Source: Candidatus Nomurabacteria bacterium (GTDB lineage Bacteria > Patescibacteriota > Minisyncoccia > Phycocordibacterales > UBA9973). From it: 64,000 bases of DNA. Location: positions 1,957-65,956 of the forward strand of contig JAPLXR010000007.1 in NCBI GenBank assembly GCA_026395955.1, given 5' to 3'. The position numbers and the translations under genes are program-made. Below the pieces are notes generated by a model. It was not told the origin of the DNA. It saw only the letters and a list, made by a program, of their open reading frames with translations, and did no database searches. Shown one piece after another: positions 18,884-29,270 of the stretch. Position 1 is the stretch's first letter, and each line of letters opens with the position of its first letter.

Positions 18884-21664
18884 ATGATAAAAAAGTATTT
18901 TCAAAAAATAATCTGTTCAATTGCAATGCTAGGCATTATATTAATGCCATATTTAAGCATACCAACAACAACATATGCTTATAGTAGCCCAGTGGGAATA
19001 GAAGGGTATATAAAAACATTATCACCGCTCATATCCTCATTACCTGGATGTAAAGAAGTTTTGAAGTCAGGAATGAAAGATATGTTTTCTAAAATAAAAG
19101 GTGCTTTTAGTAGTAGTGGGAGTAGTGATACAGAAAACACAAATATTAATGATGCTGCAGACACAGACACACTAGGAGAAGAACAACAAGCCATAGAAAT
19201 ATACAACAAAGGCCTTGAAACAAATATTAAGGGAACAAAAGCATCATCAGCAGAAACAGAAAAACAAACTAGTTCTATCAATAAAAACAAAACATGTCTT
19301 GATGGAATAGGAAAAGCTGTCGCAAAAATACTTTTAAACGAAATGACAAAGAGTATGGTGGAATGGATCAACGGTGGAATGGATGGTACACCAAAATTTG
19401 TTCATGATCCTGCTGCTTTTTTTGGTGACATAGCTAAAAATGAAGTTTTACAATTTGGCCTTGAAATAAATAATCCAGCCTTATTCCCATTCGGGAAAGA
19501 TTTTATAAAAATGCAAAAAGATGCTTTTGTAAAACATTTTTCTGATAATGCAAAATATTCTCTAGACCAAGCAATCGGTGCTACAAATCCAGGTAAAACT
19601 GGTGCAGATTTTAAATTAAATTTTAGTGACGGAGGATGGGGAGCATGGACTGCAATGACACAAAATACTGCAAACAATCCTATTGGATTTAATATCGCTG
19701 CATCAAATGAACTCTCAATGAGATTAAATGGAACACAACAAACTACAGCAGATAAATATAAAGACCAGATAGCGACAGCTAACGGCTATTTAAACCAAGA
19801 ACGTTGTGCCGAAGAAGCTGTTGTAGATGACACAGATGGAAGTGTTCATTTAGAAACAAACCATGACATAACAAGAGGTGAAGACAATCAATATTTAAGA
19901 GGTGTCGAAGGTGCTCGTCATTGTGCTACATGGGAAACTGTCACTCCAGGTAAACTCATCTCGGAATCAGCAACAAAAACACTTAATTTCAGGTCTGACT
20001 CATTATTATCTGTAGGTGACTTAAATGATGCTACGGCAGCATTGATAGACGCAACCCTTAGTATGATCGCTACAAAAATCGCAGGTAGTGATGGTTTCAC
20101 AGGACTTTCAGAAGATCCGAATGGAACTTCAAATTCATTTGATTTAAATGGTGGAAGTTCTTTAGCTTCACAATCTCAAACAGATCAAGATTTCCCTGCA
20201 TCTCTTGGTGGTAGTAATTGGTTAACAGCAAATCCTGATTTCAACATCAGAACAGATATAACCCAAGCTTTGATAGATGAACAAAGAATATATATACAAA
20301 AACTACAAGACCAAAATACTGAATTAAAATCAGTGAAAAATGTTAACAATACGAATTATAACTATGGATTGTTGCCAATAATTTATCAACTTGATTATTG
20401 TATTCCAGGACCACATCCAGGATGGGAAGATGAGGCACAGAGAAATCTAGATGACGCTAAAAGTAAAATAGTTGATATTGGTGGTATGAATTTTGCACAG
20501 ATAAATAGAGCAACCGGTGTAGGTAGTTCAGCAGATTGGGATGTTATGTTCCTTGCATTTAATACTTTTGTTTTGGGAACAGGTGGAATAGCTAACTATG
20601 AAACAGTAGATAAAGCGCTTCATTTAACAGATAAATATTCATATCAATATTTAGATGGTTTTAGTCAAAAATACTTAGGGATTTCATTCACAAAAGATGG
20701 TGCTTCTGAATCGTATAAAAATACAATTGGTGCCCTTAATCAAGCTTTTGATGGATATAAACAATCAGTAAATAATGTGTTTAACACTCTTACTCTTCCA
20801 GGTGTTGCAGATCAAGCTAAAAAAGAATTTAACACTGCTACTGGTTATCAAGGAATATTTGATAAAAATACTACAGAAATAGCAGGTAAACAAGCTGATA
20901 TAAAAAGACTTGTAGATATTAAATCAGCAATAGAAAATTTGACAATTCAAAAAAATAACCAGACACTACCATTAACAATGATTGACCCTATAACAAATTC
21001 TGTTACAACAGATTATAATGCTCAATTTGAAGAAGATTTAAAGCCTTACATAAGTACTTTTGCTCGTGTATCTGCAAACATGGTTACAGGAGATGATATA
21101 GCAAAAGCAGATAATCTGTTGCAACAAATAAAAGACAAGGAAAAATATATCTATAATGACTTAATAAAAGGCCCAACTGGTTGTGAAAAAGAACTATCTA
21201 CTCAACCATGGCAAATGAAAAGATACCCTTATCCTTTACCTATAATATATGATTACAATTCAACAACAAACCCGTTACCTGATCCTTTTGGAAATGGTAT
21301 TTTCCATACAACACCAGTATTAAATCCTTCAGTTTATACTGCAAGTAGTATGCCATCTACTGCAGGAATGATATGGGTTGATTTCTCTGGTGTAAAAGAA
21401 AATCCTCCACCAAACTTACCAATGTTTGATGGAGAACAAGACCACTATAATGGACCAGGTAGCTTACAAACATTAACATCCTTCTGTCAGTATATTGCGG
21501 AAAAATCAAGACTAACTCAGCCAGGAGTAGCATATTCTTCATGTAATGAAGTGGGAAGTAACTTTACTAATATTCACATAGGAGAATTAAACTTTGATAC
21601 CGGATGGAGTCAGGGCACACAATACAATGTAACTACCCTTGAGAGAACGTTGGGGATTTATTAA
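18884..21664 (+). CDS. Large secreted protein (926 aa), unknown function
   Basis: Signal peptide (IAMLGIILMPYLSIPTTTYAYS); start abuts the upstream stop. Confidence 0.6.
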   Translation: MIKKYFQKIICSIAMLGIILMPYLSIPTTTYAYSSPVGIEGYIKTLSPLISSLPGCKEVLKSGMKDMFSKIKGAFSSSGSSDTENTNINDAADTDTLGEEQQAIEIYNKGLETNIKGTKASSAETEKQTSSINKNKTCLDGIGKAVAKILLNEMTKSMVEWINGGMDGTPKFVHDPAAFFGDIAKNEVLQFGLEINNPALFPFGKDFIKMQKDAFVKHFSDNAKYSLDQAIGATNPGKTGADFKLNFSDGGWGAWTAMTQNTANNPIGFNIAASNELSMRLNGTQQTTADKYKDQIATANGYLNQERCAEEAVVDDTDGSVHLETNHDITRGEDNQYLRGVEGARHCATWETVTPGKLISESATKTLNFRSDSLLSVGDLNDATAALIDATLSMIATKIAGSDGFTGLSEDPNGTSNSFDLNGGSSLASQSQTDQDFPASLGGSNWLTANPDFNIRTDITQALIDEQRIYIQKLQDQNTELKSVKNVNNTNYNYGLLPIIYQLDYCIPGPHPGWEDEAQRNLDDAKSKIVDIGGMNFAQINRATGVGSSADWDVMFLAFNTFVLGTGGIANYETVDKALHLTDKYSYQYLDGFSQKYLGISFTKDGASESYKNTIGALNQAFDGYKQSVNNVFNTLTLPGVADQAKKEFNTATGYQGIFDKNTTEIAGKQADIKRLVDIKSAIENLTIQKNNQTLPLTMIDPITNSVTTDYNAQFEEDLKPYISTFARVSANMVTGDDIAKADNLLQQIKDKEKYIYNDLIKGPTGCEKELSTQPWQMKRYPYPLPIIYDYNSTTNPLPDPFGNGIFHTTPVLNPSVYTASSMPSTAGMIWVDFSGVKENPPPNLPMFDGEQDHYNGPGSLQTLTSFCQYIAEKSRLTQPGVAYSSCNEVGSNFTNIHIGELNFDTGWSQGTQYNVTTLERTLGIY

Positions 21665-21701
21665 AAGTAACATTAAATAATAAATGTGCTAAAATAAAGA
21701 T

Positions 21702-24700
21702 ATGTTACTTTTTAAGGGAGCTAAGAAAAATATTTTTGGGATATCTTTATTAATTATATTAATAATATATTTTAGTGTTCTAATTTTTTCAAAAAAAACT
21801 TCAGCTTACGCAACAGGTCCTGTTGTTCTAGGTACACAACCAGCAACAAATATAACGACAACGTCTGCGGTTTTAAATGGAATTGTTACAAATACAAGAG
21901 GAGAGATACCAACTTATATAAAGTTTATGCTTTCAACAGACCAACAGTCTTGGACTGATTTTCCTTTAAATCCAGCATATTTACTAATGGCACCAGACAC
22001 AGACGGAAATCCATACTCAATAGATACCTCTATGGCTACTTCACCTGTAAATAATTTAACTTCCAATACTCTTTATTATTATAAAGCTTGTGCCATGAAT
22101 AGTGCTGGAAGTAGCTGTAGCAATTTGCCTCTTAGAACATTTACAACATCCAATCCAAATAGTTCTGGAAACAATAACGGTTCAAGTAATACAGGCACAT
22201 CATATAACACAACGACTCAATCAACAATAAGCAATGTAATAACACACGATTTTACTAACCTTACTGACACTTCTGTAAAGTTAAATGGTGAAGGAACAGT
22301 ATCTGCTCCTGATTATGCATATTTCAGATATTCAAAAGTAGACCCAAATCCTCCTATTTTTTGTAATGATTTATATGGATCAAGTATGAGTTCAAAAAAG
22401 GCAACATTTCCAAATTCAGACGGATCATACACAAGTGCTAACAGTGGTACTATTTTTTCTACTGGAATAAATGGATTAGAACCAGACACAACATATTACT
22501 ATTGTGCAGTAGTATCAAATAGTGCAAATAGTTCTGGTTTTGGAAGACCAAATACTGAAATAAAATATGGTGGTGTAAAAACATTCAAAACAAAGTGTGG
22601 TACTACATGTACAACAATAGAAACAAAAAATCCTTCAAGCATCACAAAAGATTCTGTATATCTAAATGGATCTTTTAACTCCACACAAGCTACAAAAACT
22701 TGGTTTGAATACGAAATAGATCCGGCATCATTACCTCAAGGTAGTCCAACTCCTGTATGGCAAACAGTAAATGTTGAAAATCATACAGCGCAATCAGTGG
22801 GTAATAATAATAGAATACAATTTCAAGTTACAGGATTAACACCAAATACTTCATATATATACAAAGCAGTAGCTCAAACAGACTGGGGAACACTAGGCAA
22901 TCCAAATCCTCAAAATTATTATGGTATTGATATGAGTTTTACAACAAATCCTCCAGACTCAACACCAGATACTCCGACAGATCCAGGAACAACACAAGAT
23001 CCAAATAGTGGTTATGATAGTGGCGGACCATCATATGATAATGGAGGAGGTGCTCCTAGTGCTTGTTCTTCATTAACAATCAAACCAATAAGTAACAAAA
23101 CTATTTACGCTGGTCATAATTTATCTTTTGCTGTACACACTTGTGGAGCAAATGGAGAGACAGTAACATATCAAATAACTAACATACCACCATTAGCTAT
23201 TTTTAATTCTAATGGAATGTTTGTCTGGAATACTAATTTCAGCCAAACAGGTATTTATGATGTAACATTCGATGCGTCTACTCCATCAGGTAATAATGCA
23301 AGTCCAGTCACTGTGAGAATAACAGTGACCCCACCAAACACAAATTGTCCTTCATTAACAATTGAACCGATCGAAGATCAAGAATTTATAACTGACCAAT
23401 ATAATACTTTTTATGCAAATATCTGTGGAAATTTCGGACAACAAGTAACATACTCAATAGCTAATCTTCCAACAGGTGCAGGAATACTTCCAAATGGACT
23501 TTTTGTATGGGTTCCTACAGCTGATCAAGTAGGACAACATCAGATATTTGTTAATGCAGTTTCTGGTACACAAACAGTATCACTAACAGTTAATGTAAAC
23601 GTTACATTAACACAAAATGGACCAAACCCTAATGGTAATCCTAACGGAGATCCTAATGGTGGACCAAATGGAGGAAATACAAACAACTGTCCTAATTTTA
23701 TAATTAGACCAATAAGTGATAAACACACCCAAGCAGGATCACCTATTTCTTTTACAGCACATACATGTGGAAACCAAGGCAAACCAGTAACATATTCTAT
23801 AACTTCAACACTAATGCCTGGAGGTGCAGGAATAGGACCAGCAAATGGAAGATTTTCTTGGTCAACAGGAGGAAATCAGGCTGGTAGTTATGATATAACT
23901 ATACATGCTAAAGCACCGATAGGAGCATTAGATTTGATCACTAATACTCAAGCTATGGTTGATGCAACGCCAATAACAGTACACATAACAGTAACACCTA
24001 TACCTATCAGTTGTGGAACTTTAACAATAAATTCATTACATAATGAGCATTTCTATGTTGATCAAATAGATACTTTCAATGTAACAGTTTGTGGAAATCA
24101 TGGAGAACAAGTTACTTATTCTCCTGAGAATATACCTTCAGGTGCAACTCTTGATCCTTCAACAGGACTATTTACATGGACACCGACTTCTAGTGATTTA
24201 GGTTTACATGCAATATTAATAGGTGCAAAAACATCAACACAAAGAATGGTAACAGCATCTATGAGTATTAATGTTACAGACAGATCAGGCAATTCAAATA
24301 ACCAAGGAGACCCTAACACTGGACGTACTTGTCCAACGACATCAACTGGTGTTTGGCCAAGATGTGTAGACAATGCTACTGGTGTTGGATTTTGTGATAC
24401 AGGATCAACAGGGACTTATCCTAATTGTGTTGTTACAAATACAGGAGGTAGTGGTTCTGGAAATGGTAACAGTAATGGTGGTAATGGAACATTCGGAAAT
24501 GGAAACAATGGTAATGGAGGAAATGGAAATGGTCCAACAGTATTAGGGTCTGCAAACAATCCAGCTCCGGCTATTGGAAGCTTCTTGGTACCACCGAGTA
24601 TGGACTTGGTTCACTATCACGAAGGAGTAGAACACGTATTAACAAGACAAATAATGGGCGACATTGCTCTGGCAAAAATATATGGATATCAAGATGGCCA

Positions 24701-24935
24701 AAACTTGTTAGTATTTGCACAAAACCTAGCGCATACTTTTGCAACAATGTTTGGTTATTACCAAGGAGGAGGCAGAGAAATTCGTGTCACTGTTCCAGAC
24801 ATCGCAGCATACCAACTCGGACTCAAAGACGGAATGCTCGCAGTATATGAATATTACGACAACCATTTAACAGGTGTAGCTACAGCGACAGGAAGCATCA
24901 GAGATATATTTGAATACGAATATTATTTCCACTAA
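21702..24935 (+). CDS. Large surface protein (1077 aa): N-terminal anchor, FN3-like region, four ~90-aa Ig-like (putative-Ig/cadherin-like) repeats separated by N/G/P-rich linkers
   Basis: Four repeats C..L.I.PI...........F.....CG..G..VTYS....P.GA.......F.W.P; linkers NGNPNGDPNGGPNGGN and GNGNSNGGNGTFGNGNNGNGGNGNG. Confidence 0.65.
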   Translation: MLLFKGAKKNIFGISLLIILIIYFSVLIFSKKTSAYATGPVVLGTQPATNITTTSAVLNGIVTNTRGEIPTYIKFMLSTDQQSWTDFPLNPAYLLMAPDTDGNPYSIDTSMATSPVNNLTSNTLYYYKACAMNSAGSSCSNLPLRTFTTSNPNSSGNNNGSSNTGTSYNTTTQSTISNVITHDFTNLTDTSVKLNGEGTVSAPDYAYFRYSKVDPNPPIFCNDLYGSSMSSKKATFPNSDGSYTSANSGTIFSTGINGLEPDTTYYYCAVVSNSANSSGFGRPNTEIKYGGVKTFKTKCGTTCTTIETKNPSSITKDSVYLNGSFNSTQATKTWFEYEIDPASLPQGSPTPVWQTVNVENHTAQSVGNNNRIQFQVTGLTPNTSYIYKAVAQTDWGTLGNPNPQNYYGIDMSFTTNPPDSTPDTPTDPGTTQDPNSGYDSGGPSYDNGGGAPSACSSLTIKPISNKTIYAGHNLSFAVHTCGANGETVTYQITNIPPLAIFNSNGMFVWNTNFSQTGIYDVTFDASTPSGNNASPVTVRITVTPPNTNCPSLTIEPIEDQEFITDQYNTFYANICGNFGQQVTYSIANLPTGAGILPNGLFVWVPTADQVGQHQIFVNAVSGTQTVSLTVNVNVTLTQNGPNPNGNPNGDPNGGPNGGNTNNCPNFIIRPISDKHTQAGSPISFTAHTCGNQGKPVTYSITSTLMPGGAGIGPANGRFSWSTGGNQAGSYDITIHAKAPIGALDLITNTQAMVDATPITVHITVTPIPISCGTLTINSLHNEHFYVDQIDTFNVTVCGNHGEQVTYSPENIPSGATLDPSTGLFTWTPTSSDLGLHAILIGAKTSTQRMVTASMSINVTDRSGNSNNQGDPNTGRTCPTTSTGVWPRCVDNATGVGFCDTGSTGTYPNCVVTNTGGSGSGNGNSNGGNGTFGNGNNGNGGNGNGPTVLGSANNPAPAIGSFLVPPSMDLVHYHEGVEHVLTRQIMGDIALAKIYGYQDGQNLLVFAQNLAHTFATMFGYYQGGGREIRVTVPDIAAYQLGLKDGMLAVYEYYDNHLTGVATATGSIRDIFEYEYYFH

Positions 24936-24965
24936 TTTATTTTTATAAAGTAGGGGATAAAAGTA

Positions 24966-24994
24966 TTACTTTTAAAAAGTGAATATAGTATAAT
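24966..24994 (+). promoter_or_regulatory. Sigma70-like promoter (TTACTT-17-TATAAT) upstream of the VirB6-like gene
   Basis: Hexamers at 24966-24971 and 24989-24994. Confidence 0.45.
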
Positions 24995-25031
24995 ATATTC
25001 AGAGTGAATAACTCTATCTCATAATTTTTAA

Positions 25032-27203
25032 ATGAAAAAAAATTTTCCAAAAATAGTAATATCAGTTATAATGATAGGTATTTTTTTGGCACCTGTTGTT
25101 CCAAATTTACAAACAAAAGACGAAAGAGTATCTGTCTCAATAGAAAGTAATACTGCATTGGCTGTAACTTGTCCAACAGGGCAACACGATGATGGGACTG
25201 GAAACTGTGTTGCTGATACGGTTGCGCCAACACAGCAAGCTGGAGACAATCTAGACTTTGGTTGTGGTTATAATCCTCTTACATGGTTTAGACAGTGTAT
25301 CATCACAACAATTTATTATATTATCTTTATTCCACTAGCATGGGTATCATCACTCGCTGCAAACATATTAGACTTTTTTATTTATTATTCTACAAACAGT
25401 AGTTCTTATTCTGCTGGTTTTGTCAGCACAGGATGGAAGACTGTTAGAGATATCGCTAATATATTTTTCATAATAGCACTTCTATATATAGCAATACAAA
25501 CGATACTGGACATGGGATCTAACGGCAAAAAAATGATAGCCAATATTATCGTTGTAGCTTTGATGATAAATTTTAGTCTATTTTTTACTCAAGTAGTTAT
25601 AGACAGTAGTAATATTCTGGCAAAAGTTTTTTACAATCAAATAACACCCCAAGATAGCAATGGTACTCCTTTACAAGATACTCATAAACAAAAATCGATA
25701 ACAGTTGGACTTGTAGATGCTTTTAGTCCAGAAACAATGCTTCATGATGCAAAAGATGCTCCAGGTAGACAATTTATGATACTAATACTCCTAATCATAA
25801 TGTCCTTCGTAATGATTTATGTTTTTATTTCTATAGCATTACTCTTTGTGGCCAGAGTAGCCGGACTTTGGCTCGCGATGATATTTTCACCTGTTGCTTT
25901 TGCCTCAATAACATTACCTTTTAAAATACCTAGCTTGGGTTGGGATGACTGGAAAAATGATTTATTAAAACAAGCATTCATGGCTCCTATTTTAGTTTTC
26001 TTTCTTTATATAATTTTATTATTCGGTAAAAACCTAAAGTTAATAAATGCTGATGCTGTTAATGCAGGAGGGGATTTTGATGCAATTATGAAAGTAATAA
26101 TTCCTTTCTTTATTGTTATGGTTTTACTTCTACAAGCCAAAAAACTCGCAGGTCAATATTCTGGAGAAATAGGAAAAGCTTTGAATAGTGCAGGTGGAAC
26201 CGTCTTAGGTTTCGCTGCTGGAGCAGTTACAGGAGGTGCTGCAGTATTGGGACAAAAAGTTATCGGTGGAGCCGCTTCAAGAGTTGCAAACAATGATGAA
26301 ACAAAAAGACTAGCAGCTGGTGGTAATGGTATCAGTAAAGATGAACAATTAAAAGCACAAAAAACTCTTGAAAGAGCAAACAGAAGAGCAAGTAAAAGTT
26401 ATGATCTTCGACAAACAAGTGTTGGTGGTTTTGCAGCCAAAAAAGCTGGTCTTGATTTAAATAGTGGAACTGGAGCATTGGGAATGGATACTAGAACACT
26501 AAAAGGTGGATACAGGGCAAAAGTCAAAAGAGCAACCGAAAAAGAAGAAGCTAAACTTAAGACATATGAAATAAGTGGTGAAGCAGCTTCAACACAAAAT
26601 CACAAAGCAGAAGTAAGTAAGGTAAGAAACGAGCAGTATGAAAAAGATAAAAAAGAAGCTCAAGATAAAGGCTTTGTATTTAATGATAAATCAGAACAAA
26701 AGTTTAAAGAAGCATATGAAAAAGGAGAGGATTTAAGAAAATTTGGACTAGATAAAAAATCAGAGGCAGGTAGCGTTGCAATAGTTAAAGATTCAAAAGA
26801 AATAAATATGGACAGAAGAAAAGCTTATGCTGACAGTCTAGTTGATGAAGGCAAAGTAAGAGAAGTAAAAGGGGCAATGAAGTCATTCTTTAGTGAATGG
26901 GGCAATGGAATGAAAACAATGACAACATCAGCAACGGGAATCGGAACAATTGCCACAGCAGGAACATTCTTAGGTCCAGCTGGAGCTTTGGGTGCTTTGT
27001 TAATTGGAAGCTTGAACGAAGCTAGAAAAAATGTAAAAACTGAAGGAATAAAAAGAGATAATTCAGAGTTAATATCAAGTCTACGAAAAGGGCAAGACCC
27101 AAACAAAGCAATTATTGATGAATTAAAGAAAATGAATTCTGGTAAAGATGCCGATTATTCAGAATTAGCTAAAAAAATAAAAGGAGAGGATACAAAAAAA
27201 TAA
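25032..27203 (+). CDS. VirB6/TrbL-like polytopic membrane protein with a long hydrophilic C-terminal extension
   Basis: Signal peptide, Cys-containing periplasmic segment, then ~6-7 TM helices (nt ~25290-26150), K/E-rich tail; architecture typical of VirB6/TrbL. Confidence 0.55.
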   Translation: MKKNFPKIVISVIMIGIFLAPVVPNLQTKDERVSVSIESNTALAVTCPTGQHDDGTGNCVADTVAPTQQAGDNLDFGCGYNPLTWFRQCIITTIYYIIFIPLAWVSSLAANILDFFIYYSTNSSSYSAGFVSTGWKTVRDIANIFFIIALLYIAIQTILDMGSNGKKMIANIIVVALMINFSLFFTQVVIDSSNILAKVFYNQITPQDSNGTPLQDTHKQKSITVGLVDAFSPETMLHDAKDAPGRQFMILILLIIMSFVMIYVFISIALLFVARVAGLWLAMIFSPVAFASITLPFKIPSLGWDDWKNDLLKQAFMAPILVFFLYIILLFGKNLKLINADAVNAGGDFDAIMKVIIPFFIVMVLLLQAKKLAGQYSGEIGKALNSAGGTVLGFAAGAVTGGAAVLGQKVIGGAASRVANNDETKRLAAGGNGISKDEQLKAQKTLERANRRASKSYDLRQTSVGGFAAKKAGLDLNSGTGALGMDTRTLKGGYRAKVKRATEKEEAKLKTYEISGEAASTQNHKAEVSKVRNEQYEKDKKEAQDKGFVFNDKSEQKFKEAYEKGEDLRKFGLDKKSEAGSVAIVKDSKEINMDRRKAYADSLVDEGKVREVKGAMKSFFSEWGNGMKTMTTSATGIGTIATAGTFLGPAGALGALLIGSLNEARKNVKTEGIKRDNSELISSLRKGQDPNKAIIDELKKMNSGKDADYSELAKKIKGEDTKK

Positions 27204-27227
27204 AAATTATAAATAATAAATAAAATT

Positions 27228-28037
27228 ATGGACGAAAATACAAAAAAAATAATAAAAGAAAAATTTGATTCTCTGCCAGAGAGCATCCAAGAAGTTATTT
27301 TGTCTTCAAATTATCAAGACACTTTGGTTGAGATAGGAAAACAAAATAATTTAAGTCTAAACCAAATGGGAACATTAGAACTAGAAGCTACTTTGGTCAT
27401 GATGGGTCTAACTCCGACAGCAGAATTTGAAACAGAACTAACGAAAGAATTAGCCGTCGATCCTATGAAGGGTTCAAAAATAGTGAATGAAATCAATGAA
27501 AAAATATTTATAAAAATCAGAGATTTATTAAAATTAATGAACACCCCAAAAGGAGAGGAACCTAGTTTAGATGCTGAAAACGAACGTTTACACGAAGAAT
27601 CAAATGTTCCTTTTAAAGTATTTACTCCTACAGAAAAAATTACTATTCCAGTAAAAACAGAAAGCCTAATTACTACACTTCAACAAGAAAAAGAATCTAT
27701 TAAAGACAATTCAGTATTAGAAACAGCTGGTATTGAAATAGTGAATCAAGCTCCAATGAGAAATGCTGTACCTTCAGATGCAGGAGGTGAGACAAGAAAT
27801 GAAATATTAAAAAGTGTTGAGCAACCAGAATCAATAGGTAAAACAGTTGAAAAACCAAAAGAAACAAGTAATGTTGGTTCTATTTTGGCCTCCAAGTTAA
27901 CAGAGAGTTTTAAAATCCCTGCAGGAAATACAGAATACACGATGAACAACATGACAAAAGATAATCAAAAAACACAATTAGCTGCAAGCCCAAGTATTCC
28001 AAAAGTTGATCCATACAGAATGCCGTTAGACGAATAA
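27228..28037 (+). CDS. Hypothetical soluble protein (269 aa) within the T4SS-like module
   Basis: ORF between the VirB6-like and PrgI-like genes; no TM segment. Confidence 0.5.
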   Translation: MDENTKKIIKEKFDSLPESIQEVILSSNYQDTLVEIGKQNNLSLNQMGTLELEATLVMMGLTPTAEFETELTKELAVDPMKGSKIVNEINEKIFIKIRDLLKLMNTPKGEEPSLDAENERLHEESNVPFKVFTPTEKITIPVKTESLITTLQQEKESIKDNSVLETAGIEIVNQAPMRNAVPSDAGGETRNEILKSVEQPESIGKTVEKPKETSNVGSILASKLTESFKIPAGNTEYTMNNMTKDNQKTQLAASPSIPKVDPYRMPLDE

Positions 28038-28122
28038 CCCCACCCCAATGCTTTGCATTTTCCCCTCCCCATTTTTTAAAAAAAATGGGGAGGGGTTAAG
28101 GGAGGGGTTCTGCATACATTCG
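28038..28122. repeat. GC-rich palindromic repeat element, copy A (85 bp): G4C4 hairpin with A/T loop plus G-quadruplex-capable tail
   Basis: cccctcccca-T6A8-tggggagggg hairpin (28062-28095); GGGGAGGGGTTAAGGGAGGGG (28087-28107); ~88% identical to 45006-45086. Confidence 0.7.
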
Positions 28123-28147
28123 ATTTGTTTCATGCTAAAATTAAAAT

Positions 28148-28573
28148 ATGCAATTTAAAGTTCCACAATTCTTAGATATAGAAGATAAAATATTCGGACC
28201 TTTTACGTTCCGTCAATTTGCATACATGGCTGGTGGAGCTGGACTTTGTTTTGTAATTTACAGAACAACTTCTTTAATAGTAGGAATAATACCTATTTTA
28301 GCTATAGCTGGTTTTTCTCTCGCTTTAACTTTTTACAAAATAAATAACAAACCTTTTATTTTTGTTTTAGAAGCTGCTTTTAGTTATTTATTTCGTGATA
28401 AATTATATATTTGGAAAAGAAGGTTAAAGAAACCAGGAGAAAAAGAAGCAGAAGACTTGAAGAAAAGCGAAGAAAATACAGAAAACCAAGCAAGGAGAGT
28501 AAGTAAATTAGGTACAAGTAAATTAAAAGATTTAGCATGGAGTTTAGATGTATTAGACGTAAAGAAACAATAA
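28148..28573 (+). CDS. PrgI-family protein (VirB3 analogue of Gram-positive-type T4SS)
   Basis: MQFKVPQFLDIEDKIFGPFTFRQFAYMAGGAGL followed by two TM helices; length and motif typical of the PrgI family. Confidence 0.6.
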   Translation: MQFKVPQFLDIEDKIFGPFTFRQFAYMAGGAGLCFVIYRTTSLIVGIIPILAIAGFSLALTFYKINNKPFIFVLEAAFSYLFRDKLYIWKRRLKKPGEKEAEDLKKSEENTENQARRVSKLGTSKLKDLAWSLDVLDVKKQ

Positions 28574-28582
28574 TAAAATTAT

Positions 28583-29236
28583 ATGGCATTATCAGCAAAA
28601 GCAACTCAAGAGTTCGTCCCAATAAAAGAAGTCCGCGATGGTATCGTGGTTCTTAAAGATGGGGGACTTCGTGCTATTGTTTTGGCCAATTCTACAAACT
28701 TATCTCTAAAATCAGCAGATGAACAAAAAGCTACGATAATGCAATTCCAATCTTTTTTGAATACTATAGATTTTCCAATTCAAATAGTTGTCCAATCAAG
28801 ACGCCTAGATATTCGTCCATATCTTTTACTTTTAGAAAATAGAATAAAAGTACAAAACGAACCACTCTTGAAAGTTCAAACAAAAGAATATATGGAATTT
28901 ATCAGAAACTTCACTGAGACTACAAATATAATGACAAAAAGTTTCTTTGTAGTTGTTCCTTATACACCAAACAAATTAGCTTCAACGGGTGGAATTTTTA
29001 GTAATTTTTTTAATAAAAAAAACAAAGCAATGGAAAAAGAAGCTCAGAAGCAGGATTTTGAAGAAAAAAGATCTCAACTTGATCAAAGAATAGGAATAAT
29101 AGAGCAAGGATTAGCACGTTGTGGTTTGAAATCTGTAGAGCTTGGAACCGAAGAAGTAGTAGAAGTTTATTATAAAGTTTTTAACCCAGGTGAAGTTGAA
29201 GGTAAAATAGATTTAGGACAAGGACAATCAGCATAA
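28583..29236 (+). CDS. VirB4/TraC-family ATPase, N-terminal domain fragment
   Basis: FVPIKEVRDGIVVLKDGGLRAIVLANSTNLSL...EQKATIMQFQSFLNTIDFPIQIVV matches the conserved N-terminus of VirB4/CD1110-type ATPases. Confidence 0.5.
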   Translation: MALSAKATQEFVPIKEVRDGIVVLKDGGLRAIVLANSTNLSLKSADEQKATIMQFQSFLNTIDFPIQIVVQSRRLDIRPYLLLLENRIKVQNEPLLKVQTKEYMEFIRNFTETTNIMTKSFFVVVPYTPNKLASTGGIFSNFFNKKNKAMEKEAQKQDFEEKRSQLDQRIGIIEQGLARCGLKSVELGTEEVVEVYYKVFNPGEVEGKIDLGQGQSA

Positions 29237-29270
29237 TACTGTTATAATATAACAAGTTAAATAAATATAT

